A DNA stretch of 64,000 nucleotides from Octopus sinensis (taxonomy: Eukaryota): NCBI RefSeq assembly GCF_006345805.1, contig NC_043006.1:28892001-28956000 (forward strand), read 5' to 3'. The position numbers and the translations under genes are program-made. Shown here in pieces: positions 10,501 to 21,881 of this stretch (positions are counted from its first letter, which is position 1; each line of letters opens with the position of its first letter). The notes beneath the pieces are model-generated. The model saw only the letters and a list, made by a program, of their open reading frames with translations, ran no database searches and was not told where the DNA came from.

Positions 10501-13500
10501 CATAATGTTATCTAATTTCTTTCTAGCCCACCTGTATACATGAACCCTATCTTTCTGGGTTTCATGTGCACTCTATTGTTCACAGTCTCTAACCAAAGTT
10601 CATTATCAAGTACAGGGAGTCTATTGTTAGGGTTCTTAGTGGGGTAATCTATAGTTACCTTGATACTATTTGCTAGATGCTCTCCATTACGTTCTTCTCA
10701 GTCTCTACATTACCGTCACTAGAGTTGGTTCGAACCATGATATTAATATCATCTACATATCTACTGTAGAGTAGAAGAGTTATGGACTGTTCTGCTAACA
10801 TTTGTTTAAATTTTCTGTCCCACCATGTCATGAAGAGGCCAGCCACATCTCCAGCTACACCAATGGCTGCACCTTGAACCTGCATGTATAGTTTTTTTCT
10901 TAAACTTTACTATGTGGTTTTTCAAGGTAGCTTTTACACTGACCCCTATTGCATATGTAATCATTTCCCTCTCCTGATTGTTGTTCTCAGGGTGTTGGGT
11001 GGGTGCAGTCCAGCCACTCCAGCGCTCTGTGGTGCTTTTCTTCACTGCTGAAGTGATGATGAAAAATTGCAAAAGTATATACGCCCACGGGTCCTTTTAG
11101 GCTATTTCGCGGACCACCGGAACGTTATAAGCCCGGGATCCTATGCAATCTATATAGGCCCCTACTCGGCCTATATAATCTATATTGGCACCCATAAATA
11201 GCTTATATAGTCTCCTAAGCAGACTCTAGGAACACCTGGGCCTATATTGCAACTTCTGCACCTGTATAGGATTTTGAAAACATTTTTTAAAGGAATTTGA
11301 TTAAACTTTTGAAAAACATTTCAATGGAATTTGATGAAACTTTTCAAAACTTTCCAAATTGTGTTCCATGAAAATTTTGAAAAAATTTTCAGAAGATTTT
11401 GATGAAAATTTTTGATAAAACTTTTCAGTATTTCACAAAATATCGTTTAAAAATTTCATCAATTTCCTTTCAAAAGTTTTTCAAATTTTCATCAGATTCC
11501 TTCAAAATATTTTTTAAGATGTTCATCAAATTCCTTTGAAAGGTTTTTAAAAATTTTCATCAAATTCCTTAGAAAAGTTTGTCAGAATTTTCACAAAAGT
11601 CCTCTAAAAGTTTTTCAAAATTTTTATCATATTCCTTAGTAAAGTTTTTGAAAATTTTCCTCCCATTCCTTTGATAAGGTTGTCAAAATTTTCAACAAAA
11701 TCCTCCAAAAGATTTTCAAAATTCTCATCAAATTCTTTTGAAAAGTTTTTCAGAATTTTCAACAAAATCCTCTAAAAGTTCTTCAAAATTTTCATGAAAT
11801 CTATGTAGGTACAGGAAGGCTCTATCGTCTGCTCCAATATAGTGTGTATGGGCACCCTGTACCTATATACAATATAGGAACCCTATGCCTATAACATTAT
11901 ATAGGCCCCTGTACCTATATACGCGATATAGGCATCTGGGCCTATATCAAATTTCAAAAATTTCCTTTGAAAAGTTTTCAAATTTTCAGATTCCTTAAAA
12001 ATGTTTTTTAAGATGTTCATCAAACTCCTTTGAAGGGTTTTCAATTTTTCATCAAGTTCCTTAGAAAAGTTTGTCAATATTTTCAACAAAATCCTCAAAA
12101 TTCTCATCAAATTCCTTTGAAACGTTTTTCGGGATTTTCATCAGATTCCTCTAAAAGTTTTTCAAAATTTTTATCATATTCCTTAGGAAAGTTTTTGAAA
12201 ATTTTCCTCCCATTCCTTTGATAAGGTTGTCAAAATTTTCAACAAAATCCTCCAAAAGATTTTCAAAATTTTCATCAAATTCCTTTGAAAAGTTTTTCAG
12301 AATTTTCACCCAAATCCTCTAAGTATTTCAAAATTATCATGTAGGGACAGGAGGGCTGTATAGTCTATATAGGACATCTGCTCCAATATAGTGTATATAG
12401 GCACCCTGTACACTATATTAGACCTATTTAGTGTATATAGGGACGAGGACCTGTATAGTCTAGGTTCCCTTGTCCATTATACACTATTGGCCCACTGGGT
12501 TTGTATTCATTATATAGGCCCCTGTGTCTATATACACTATATAAGCCCATGGGCCTATAACACTATAATATATAATGTATATAGAGACAGGTGTCTGTAT
12601 AGTCTATATAGACATGCAGTGCCTGTATGCACTATAGACACCCTTGGCCTATCTACATTATACAGGCCTCTGGGCCTATATACAGTATATGGGCATCTGG
12701 TCACAAAAAGATTATATAGGGACAAGTGCCTGTATAGTGCAGGCGTCCTGGTCCACTATACGCTATAAGCTCCCTGGGCCGGTATACATTATATGGGCCC
12801 CTGAGTCTATACACTCTATATAGGCTGATGGGTCTACATATTCTCTATAGGCCTCTGGGCTTATATACACTATATAGTGCATATTCGCCCATTTTGAGTG
12901 AGCCTATATAGCTTCTGAAAAAAATCCGGGCCTATATTGCAACTTCTGCACCTGTATATGATACAGATGAAAATTTTCAAAGTATTTTCAATTGATTTGC
13001 TTCAAATTTCTGAAAAACTTTCCAAAGGAATATGCTGAAACATTGCAAAAATATATACGCCCATGGTTCTTTTTAGGCTATTTCACCCTTCACCGGTTCA
13101 TTATAGGCTATATATGCCCAGAGTTCTATGCAATCTATATAGGCCCCTACTCGGCCTATATAATCTATATTGGCACCCATAAATAGCTTATATAGTCTCC
13201 TAAGCCGACCCTAGGAACACGTAGACCTATATTGCAACTTATGCACCTGTATAGGGTTTTGATGATAATTTTGAAAAAATTTTTCAAAGGAATTTAATTA
13301 AACTTTTGAAAAACATTTCAATGGAATTTAATGAAAATTTTCAAAACTTTCCATGAAAATTCTGAAAATATTTTCAGAAGAATTTGATGAAAATTTTGAT
13401 AAAACTTTTCAGTATTTCACGAAATATTCTTCTAAAATTTCATAAATTTCCTTTGAGAAGTTTTTCAAATTTTCATCAGATTCCTTAAAAATGTTTTTTA

Positions 13501-13690
13501 AGATGTTCACAAAAATCCTCTAAAAGTTTTTCAAAAGTTTTATCATTTTCTTTACAAGAGTTTTTGAAAATTTTCCTACTTTCCTTTGATAAGGTTGTCA
13601 AAATTTTGAACAAAATCCTCTAAAAGATTTTCAAAATTCTCATCAAATTCCTTTGAAAAGTTTTTTAGAATTTTCACCCAAATCCTCTAA
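7551..13690. repeat. Complex higher-order satellite with two alternating modules
   Basis: Module G: ~26-27 bp units like TAGGCACCCTGTACCTATATACAATA. Module A: ~33 bp units like TTTTCAAAATTTTCATCAAATTCCTTTGAAAAG with 11-bp sub-period. Long blocks recur (9010-10046 resembles 12340-13345). Interrupted by a PLE at 10046-11060. Confidence 0.9.
10046..11060 (-). mobile_element. Penelope-like element fragment, RT plus GIY-YIG, internally deleted
   Basis: NHIVKFKKK.YMQVQGAAIGVAGDVAGLFMTWWD...LYSRYVDD (ORFs 10806..11072, 10673..10885), DYPTKNPNNRLPVLDNELWLETVNN, MFVEATAHGELA...CRTRNVVYSIRC (ORF 10154..10396), then DIGETSRSIAERLNEH. Confidence 0.9.
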
Positions 13691-14025
13691 GTAACATCAT
13701 TTTTTATTCCATTTTAATGCATAATTTTTCGTGTGTCGATAGCGGCGGAGTTGGCGTCCATGGTCACACTTGCACCTGTTTGCGTCTCCCCTTCTTCCCT
13801 CCCTCGTGAAGCTGTGGGGAAGGGAGTGTAAGGAATTCAACGTCGTAAAGCGTTGTCAAGGAGACCAGCGTTCTTTTAGAACAACGACTTCATGGCTTGA
13901 AGTCGCCAAAACAGAAATCGCTAAAAAAGCTGAAACAGATCCACAAAAACGGCAAAAACCGCCACACAGGGCAGGTTTCCTGTGCAAACAATTTGCACAA
14001 CCAAATGTTTTAGTTGTTGCACAAA

Positions 14026-14404
14026 TCTTTATATATAAAAGTGAAGTTGTGTGTCTGTCTCCTATGATTTAGATTCCTAACTACTCCCACATTTTGCAGT
14101 GCAGTTTAACCAAAACCGGGTATCTTATAGTCGTGATTCATATCGAGCCCTTCTGGGTATTAGCGCGCGTCTATGATGAGTCTATGATTTAAAAAATAAT
14201 TTACCATAATTTTTTTTCCATTTTAATGCATTTTTTTTGCTATTATATAAGGGAAGTAACTCTCTAAAAATGTCTACGATGTATGATTATTTCGTGGATA
14301 TCGATTTTTAATGCATTTTTTGCTATTTTTTGGCTATAACTCTCTAAAAATGCTTTATAGTTATTTCCCTTACAAACCCGAGCAACGCCGGGCGACACTG
14401 CTAG
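14026..14404 (+). mobile_element. Non-autonomous Helitron
   Basis: 5' A|TCTTTATATATAAAA at 14025/14026; 3' hairpin CCCGAGCAACGCCGGG (14377-14392) then CTAG|T (14401-14405); inserted between A and T, no TSD. Confidence 0.85.
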
Positions 14405-14503
14405 TTTATATCTATATCATTAACCTCTTATTCAGTATGTATTTACTATATTTTTGTCTTCGTTATGTTTGAAATTTAAGAGCAGTAACATTATTGTCTC
14501 GTT

Positions 14504-14893
14504 CAATGTTTCTCAACCATTTTTAAACTTATGGACTCCATTGCTCACTATTTTATTATGGTGGACCCCTATACCCAATCAATGTTTAAAAACTACTTTC
14601 TTGGATACTTTCAAAATTCCTATTTTGCTTTTCACACTCTCACTTGTACAAGTTTTACAATAGAACTCTCTGAGAAAGCTTGTTTCACTGGCTAGAAACA
14701 TTGAATTATGTAAAACATTAGAGAAAGAAACCTAGTTGTTTCTTGCAATAAATATTAAAGCATTGTAATCAAAATATTTTGATGGACTCTTAAAATACTA
14801 CTGTGGATCTCCGGTTTACTATTTTGCTTGCGTGGACTTCCAAAATTTTATATTCATCACAAGGGTTCACATGAACCCCGTTGAGAATCACTG
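14504..14893. mobile_element. hAT-like MITE
   Basis: Imperfect TIRs CAATGTTTCTCAACC / CGTTGAGAATCACTG resembling CAGTGGTTCTCAAC-type hAT ends; 8-bp TSD not preserved. Confidence 0.55.
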
Positions 14894-15194
14894 GCATATG
14901 CTATAACTGCGTGATCCAGTTGATTATGACATCCAAAATGAATATTGTTTCCCTCTGTGTGGTCACTAACCAGCTTGAAAAAAAGTAGTTACAGCTCTTC
15001 AAAAGCACTCTCTAACGTCTTAAGTAATGTAAAAGACATGTTAGTGAATACAGTCTTGTTCTCTAAAAAGAAAGGATAACCATAGATGCAATGGCTTTGA
15101 CCAAAGATCTGCATGCTCAGGATTACCCGGACCCTAGCAATTTCCACCACTACTACTACCACTACCACCAGCCCTAACACAATCAACAGTACCA

Positions 15195-15395
15195 CCGCCA
15201 GTACCACCACCACCACCACCACCACCACCACCACCACCCCATCACTACCTGCACTATAACCAGCAGATATACCAACACCAGCAGTATCATCAACAACACC
15301 ACCAGCAGCACCACCACCACTACCATCATCACCATCACCACTACCACCATCACCACCACCACAACCACTGCCATAACTACCACCATTACTAACAA
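15195..15395. repeat. (CAC/CAT/CAG)n compound trinucleotide microsatellite
   Basis: Direct reading; source of the poly-Val/poly-Gly ORFs. Confidence 0.95.
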
Positions 15396-16214
15396 AAACC
15401 ATATCACTCTAAGTTCTTATTACATGTGTTTAAGTCTAATACGCACAGTTTTACATCTAACCCATGCAACATTTACTCTTATAGTCAAAATGGAATTTTA
15501 TTATTTTTATGCCACCTGATGAGAGATACAGTTCTGGAAACAAATCGTTTCAAAGATTTACACTATGATATGTACAGGTATATGTTCTTCATATTATATA
15601 TAAAACATTAGTTTCTTCTCTTTATTCTTTTACAGTATAGACTTAATATTGTAACTTTAATGATTTATAAATTATACGAATATTTGCAACATGACTCGAT
15701 ATAACAGGCTTCTTCCGTTCCATCTGCGTGGAATGCAATATTTAAAGAAAGATGGGAAGCCCATATGATTTACTTTGCAGTAATATTCAATAAAATATGG
15801 TACAATTTATGATTCGTACAATTCATGATTCATACAAATTTGATGTTTTTATTTAGGACTGGTTTAGATGTGAGGTACAGGGTTAGGTTTAGGGTTAGGA
15901 TCAGTAATTTAGATTTGGAGTTAAGATATAGGATTTGGGATTACAGTTAGTTAATCAAGTTAGAGTTTAGAGGTAAGAGTTAGTGGTAGTGGTAGTGTTG
16001 GGTTCAGGGTTTGAGCTTGGGGTTGAAGTTTATGGTTACTGACAAGGGTTGTGGATAGAGTTTGGAATTGAGGTTTAGTGTAAGTGATTAAGGAACTGTA
16101 TTGTTACTAGTGGAAAGCTATATTTACTTTGAAATTACACACAAATGCACACACATAATACAGACACACAGTCACACCACATACATATAGATATAAATAT
16201 ACACACATATATAA

Positions 16215-16410
16215 CGGGAAGTTTTATGAAAATAAACAAAAGACGAAGGCAGGTGGAATACAAACAAACAATTGTATTAGTATGGCGCTCAGGAATATAA
16301 ATAAAACAAGTCTTTTACGTTTCGAGCCTACACTCTTCGACAGAAAGATACACAGAAAAGAAACAAGGAGAGAAAAAAAATGCATGCAGAAGCTAGCGAA
16401 TCAACATGGC
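16215..16410 (-). mobile_element. PLE pseudo-LTR-type repeat with hammerhead-like motif
   Basis: Reverse complement of 43670-43872; minus strand reads TCTTT CTGTCGA A GAGT GTAG GCTC GAAA CGTA AAAGA. Confidence 0.65.
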
Positions 16411-16959
16411 GATCAATATATATATATTTACAGTCACAAATGACAGAGAAATAGATTGATGAAATTTTATTTAACTGTAAGAAAATTTTAATTTCACGAC
16501 AAGTTGTTTCGTAACTTAAAAACATTTAAATAAGTCATATTATTATATTTATCATTATAGTTATTATATTTTATTTGCATTAATTCCGGCAGGTAAGTAA
16601 TTTATTATCTATGACTCTGCCCACTCCTTAACGTTTTCTCTTGTATCATATTATATATGCTATATGTTTTGTTGAATGATACATTAAGGAGCTTTTTTTA
16701 TGATATCTTGTTAATGTTATTTCTACCGAAATTATAGCCCACACAGTTTTTTTTTTTTGCTACAGCATTTTGCATCGAAAAAAAAAACAAGAAATCAACC
16801 AAATAACTCATACATTACAAATACAATCTGTGAGAGGAAGAATAAAAGTCTGCAAGACTTTGCTCAAGTTTAAAATGTGACATTGTCATTGTTACCTACA
16901 TTCCAATGATGGAACTTTGTATCTTTGTTAGAAACCAGTTTCTTCCCCAAATAAAGAAA

Positions 16960-17550
16960 CTAAAAACACACACACATACACACACATGTACAGCAAAGAG
17001 AACATACGCACACACATAGATACATACATACACACATACAAGCAGACATAGACACATATACATACAAACATACACAGACACGCATACATGCATGTACATA
17101 CACACATAACAAACATACAGCACAACATTACATACACAAATACATACATACACACACATATGCATACATATGTAAATAATTACAACCATACATGCATATA
17201 TACATGGTGGCTGCCCCCTCGTTATCAAGTATGGCCATTGCACGAAGCTTGATCAATGTTGTTATCGTGCAATGCCTGTGCAAGAAGATTTTTTTTTAAA
17301 GTGAGGAAAGGCTGAGCACTGAGTCAATCCCACTCACTAAGCAACAGCAGCCATAATCCGAAAAGAAGAACAAGTCAACATCATCGGTAACCACTGAGCC
17401 ATACATACATACATACATACATACATACATACATACATACATACATACATGCATGCATGCATGCATGCATACATACATACATACATACATGCATGCATGC
17501 ATACATACATACATACATACATAAATACATACATGCATGCATGCATACAT

Positions 17551-17582
<32 letters not shown>

Positions 17583-17818
17583 TTACATACACACACACAC
17601 ACATACATACATACATATATACACACACATACATATACATACATACATGCATGCATGCATGCATACATACATACATACATACATACATACACACACACAT
17701 ACACACACACACATACATACATACATACATACATACATACATACACACATACACACACACACACGCATGCATGCATACATACATACATACATACATACAC
17801 ACACACATACATACACAC

Positions 17819-17881
<63 letters not shown>

Positions 17882-17903
17882 CACATACATACATACATAC
17901 ATA
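16960..17903. repeat. (ATAC)n/(AC)n/(ATGC)n microsatellite blocks (16960-17200 and 17401-17903)
   Basis: Direct reading; source of the long Met-Tyr-Val-Cys and His-Thr-Tyr-Ile ORFs. Confidence 0.95.
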
Positions 17904-18449
17904 CGATTCTTCTGTCTGCCACCATCTAAACTGATCCGAACTGTGTACAGCTGTTAGCAGAATGAGGTGAGTGGCAGCGAGGTGATGGTGGTGGGGGGCT
18001 GATATGTTGTGAACTCTAATGAAAGTAGAAATGCATGAATCATTAGCAGTTAGTTCCAGCCCACGTCCCACTGTTTTCGAGCTTCAGAAGCAGATGTTTT
18101 CTGCACATTGAACCTACGAACTATTGGCTGGACTGAGTCACCTTACTCAGATAGCGTTACATTTCAGCACACAAACCTTTCAGTAACTCATTTCCCTCCT
18201 TAATACACCCTCAATTGCATGCGCATACACACACACACACATGCACATATACATCTACTTACATATGCACACACACTCATACATGTATACAATAAATATG
18301 GTGCATATATTTTTGTATATATAATGTTAATATAGATGTTTATGTATATATATATATATATGTATTTAATGTAGGATAAAATTTTTTTCGAAAAAAATTT
18401 TATCAATGGCCAGCATATTAAAAAATACCTTTAAAGGTTAAATTTATAA

Positions 18450-18867
18450 ACAACTTATAAATGAGGGCAAACGAAAAAAATTTTCTAATGCCATATGCCG
18501 AAAATTAGACATATTGTCCATAACCATAATAATTTTTCACAGAACGCATGCTACTCCAAAAAAGGTCGACAGACATTTCTAAAAAATTCCATTATTACCA
18601 CATCGGACTGATTGCTTCTTCCATGGGTACGAGTAAGTATCTCATTTATTTCTTTGCCACATTTATCACTGACGAAGGGAGGGCTCTTACGAGCTAACCC
18701 TGAAATCGGTCCGGTGTGGTAATAATGGAATTTTTTAGAAATGTCTGTCGACCTTTTTTAGAGTAGCGTGCGTTCTGTGAAAAATTATAATGGTTATGAA
18801 CAATATGTCTAATTTTCAGCATATGGCATTAGAAAATTTTTTTCGTTTGCCCTCATTTATAAGTTGT
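18450..18867. repeat. Foldback element: ~164-bp inverted arms around a ~90-bp spacer containing a hammerhead core
   Basis: Arms 18450-18613 and 18704-18867 differ at about 7 positions by manual comparison; CTGACGA 18669-18675, stem II, GAAA 18702-18705, GTC 18709-18711. Confidence 0.9.
18665..18715 (+). ncRNA. Minimal type I hammerhead ribozyme motif (this copy probably impaired)
   Basis: ATCA-CTGACGA-AGGG.GGGCTC-TTAC-GAGC.AACCCT-GAAA-TCG-GTC-CGGT; core intact, two transitions at inferred CpG sites weaken stems I and III. Confidence 0.6.
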
Positions 18868-18873
18868 ATATGT

Positions 18874-18918
<45 letters not shown>

Positions 18919-19489
18919 AAAATTGCCCAAAAACAAAAGACGAATACAGGTGTATGAACAACAAGCAGGTGTATTAGCTTGACACTCGGGAAGGTTAGAA
19001 AGTCTTTTACGCTCTGCTATTTATACATATACACACACACACACACAAACACACATGCAGATATATAGATATATCCACACACATATGTGTGTGCGTGTAT
19101 TAAAGAAAAATACATGAGATAGTGTTAGATTTTGTCAGACTTTATGTCCCGAGTTCAAATTCCGTCTGATTCGACTTCACCTCCATTCCCTTGGGTCCAT
19201 ATATAGTGCCTGCCATATTTAAGAAACATTTAAGATATTTCAAGGCAAAAATTTGACTTAAAATTTGATAAATATAAATCCTTTTCTAAGGGAAGTAACT
19301 TTACCAACCAAGATTTGTGATTTTTTTTCAAATTACCTCCCTTGCAAACAAGAAACATAATTCTTGCCATGACTTTGATATGGCAAGTGTTTAAATATAA
19401 TCCCCCTTTGAAAACGATGGCCATAATTATAAACATTGAATATCCAATTAAATGGTTTAAGAATCTGCCCTTCTCTCATGGATACATTA

Positions 19490-20240
19490 AATCGTTTCCT
19501 TTCTAAACAACACAACGCAATAGTATGGGCTGTTTTCCTTTTTTCCAATCGATGTCAATATGAAGCAGATAACATCGTTTCGAGATGTTTCCATCGGGAT
19601 GCCTACATTCCCACACCTATTTCCAATTCTAACGAATTGGTGATGAATAACACGAGGGTGGCACACACTTGATTGCAGAGGAAAAGGTTTGTCAGTTGAA
19701 GAAGTGATATACGCAAAATGACGGGTCGTGCACTAAGCAGATGATGGAACAGTCCCAGATATGCGTAGGGTCAGGGCACCGATGATATCTATGGAGCTGC
19801 GCTGAGTGGCACTCATTTTTACGTTGACCTTTTTACGTTCACGCTGGTCCAGGCCCTGTTTCGCTAGGAGACTTTTCCCAGAGAGGTACGACTGGCATCC
19901 AGTGTCTGCAATAGCGTTGTAACGGATAGCTTGGGTTGGTCGTGAAAGGGAAGTGGAGAAACCTGATGCCTGCGTCGGCATGAATGAAGGCAGCGACGAA
20001 GGGATGGGTGTCGGAAGAGCATTTTATCCAGGAATCGCAGGGTTCATTATTTTCATGGTGGTCAAGAATCATTAGATGGATACAGAATTCATTACGGAGG
20101 TCGACCAGAATCTATTGGCTGTTGAATATTGCAGATGTGTGTCCTTCTGTGTCCTGTCGTTAACAATAGAACTACGTTGCTTTCCTTGGTTACATTTCTC
20201 CTATTGTAGTAGGGAATAGGGCCATGATTCGACATTTATT
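19490..20240 (-). mobile_element. Ty3/gypsy fragment including aspartic protease
   Basis: ORF 19733..19981 has AIADTGCQS and IDIIGALTLRISG; nucleotide blocks shared with 25470-26930. Confidence 0.75.
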
Positions 20241-20355
20241 ACCAAGGGACGTGAAATGGAACAAAACGTCTTCTACTTCACAAAAGTAACAAAACTTGAC
20301 ATGATATATAAATATGTATATGTGTGTGTGTACGTGTGTTTAAATAAATATATAT

Positions 20356-20470
20356 GAGTTGGCAGAATTGTTGGAACGCCTGGCCAAAAATTCTTAGCAC
20401 TACTTTGTCAAAGTGTATGTACCAAGTTCAAATTCCGCCTGGGTCGACTTTATACCTTTGTGCCAGCAAT
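20356..20470 (+). mobile_element. tRNA-derived SINE (family B) fragment
   Basis: GAGTTGGCAGAATTGTTGGAACGCC...AGTTCAAATTCCGCC.GGGTCGACTT; related copy at 62872-62990. Confidence 0.6.
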
Positions 20471-20559
<89 letters not shown>

Positions 20560-21073
20560 AGACAAGTCAAGATAGAAAATGATAAAATAATTTTATAAAG
20601 AACATTTCAGTCATTTTGAGACCTTTTCAACAGTAACGATTAAATAATTAAATTTAGAAAAAATAAAAGAAAAGTTTTTTTAAAGGAATATTTGTATAGT
20701 GTTCAAATATAAGTGGCATTTTCCTTGTTTCTGCCTTTCTCTGTCTATCTTGTTTACACTTGTGGGTTCGAGGTCGTTGTGAATTCTTGGTAGGGAAGAA
20801 GAAGAAGAAGAAGGATGAGGGGAAGGGGGAAAATTTGGGAGTGCCTTGATTGTCGTATTTTGAGTGATCAGTGGCGGGTAGCAGTTGCTGTTCAATTCTA
20901 TTGAAAGGTTTGTTTATAGAATTTGCGTAGGTGTTATACTAAAAAGCATTAGTGATAAAGTTAGGAAGTAGAAGGGGGAGAAGAAGAAGAAGAAGAAGAT
21001 GATGATGACGATGTTGATGATGATGAAGAAGAAGAAGAGGATGATGATGATGATGATGATGAAGAAGAAGAAG

Positions 21074-21104
<31 letters not shown>

Positions 21105-21860
21105 AGAAGAAGAAGAAGAGAAGAAGAAGAAGAAGAAGAAGAAGAAGAAGAAGAAGGGAGAATATGAATGAGTGGAAGTAGTGAGGTGTTGTATGACTTA
21201 AAGTTGGCACGTTATGGGTTATAGCTGTGATTGGGGCTGATTTGTAATGGATTCTTAGGAATGTAATATTTGCGTGTGTATTTGTGTTATTCTAAAGCCG
21301 AGGTGTATGTAACGTTTGTTGTAGACCCGTTCAGAAGGGGCCTATATTTTGTAATAAAGAGAGTTTCTTTACTTATTCGTTGGCTCGAGGTAGTATCGTC
21401 CCTGATTTGGTAGAGGGGGAAAATCCTGAAGCTTGGTGTTTTGTTGTTGGCGCAAGTATCTATGTGTTGGCTGAATGCTATTTTTCTGTTTTGGGGAATT
21501 TTCATCTGGGATCTGTGTAGGGCTATTCTTTTACGCAAACTATTTTTTGTTTGCCCTATGTATTGCTCTTGACACCCAGAGCAGGTAAGTGTGTATATCA
21601 GGTTCTCCGAAGCATATGTGAAGTTGCTTTTCACTGTAAACCGTTGTCCCTGTTTGAAGGAGAACTCTGATCCCTCAATTAGATAATCACATATCCCGCA
21701 ATTGGGTCTTCCACATTTTTTTACTGTCGGCTTCTGTGTTGAAGAGCGTATTCGGGCTTGTGTTAGGAGACTTTTCATAGATTTAAGCTGTCTCTTGCTT
21801 TTTATGATCGTGTGTGTTTGGAGGATTGTAGCCTAAATCTATGAAAAGTCTCCTAACACA
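20560..21860 (-). mobile_element. 5'-truncated Penelope-like element (GIY-YIG end, 3' region with microsatellites)
   Basis: Intact GIY-YIG ORF; downstream region with a (GAA/GAT)n tract at 20980-21156 and a degenerate hammerhead-like motif at 20601-20633; foldback at the 5' junction. Confidence 0.8.
21287..21829 (-). CDS. PLE GIY-YIG endonuclease domain (element-encoded, truncated)
   Basis: IIKSKRQLKSMKSLLTQA...KCGRPNCGIC...NLIYTLTCSGCQEQYIGQTKNSLRKRIALHRSQ...FSQHIDTC...KETLFITKYRPLLN; frame open upstream of the ORF-track start to ~21829. Confidence 0.9.
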   Translation of the reverse strand, partial: TILQTHTIIKSKRQLKSMKSLLTQARIRSSTQKPTVKKCGRPNCGICDYLIEGSEFSFKQGQRFTVKSNFTYASENLIYTLTCSGCQEQYIGQTKNSLRKRIALHRSQMKIPQNRKIAFSQHIDTCANNKTPSFRIFPLYQIRDDTTSSQRISKETLFITKYRPLLNGSTTNVTYTSALE

Positions 21861-21881
21861 CACGCACGCGCGCACACACAC

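Noticed and set aside
15865-16085. True interstitial telomere array
   Set aside because: Only a few exact GGTTAG units; the rest is highly degenerate.
16400-16415. YY1-like AACATGGCG promoter motif
   Set aside because: Lies at the edge of a multicopy repeat also present near 43650; no other promoter evidence.
14989-17957. Long ORFs of Val/Gly, Met-Tyr-Val-Cys and His-Thr-Tyr-Ile repeats
   Set aside because: Translations of microsatellites; likewise the ORFs at 20914-21210, 41555-41918, 51337-51860 and 62642-62899.
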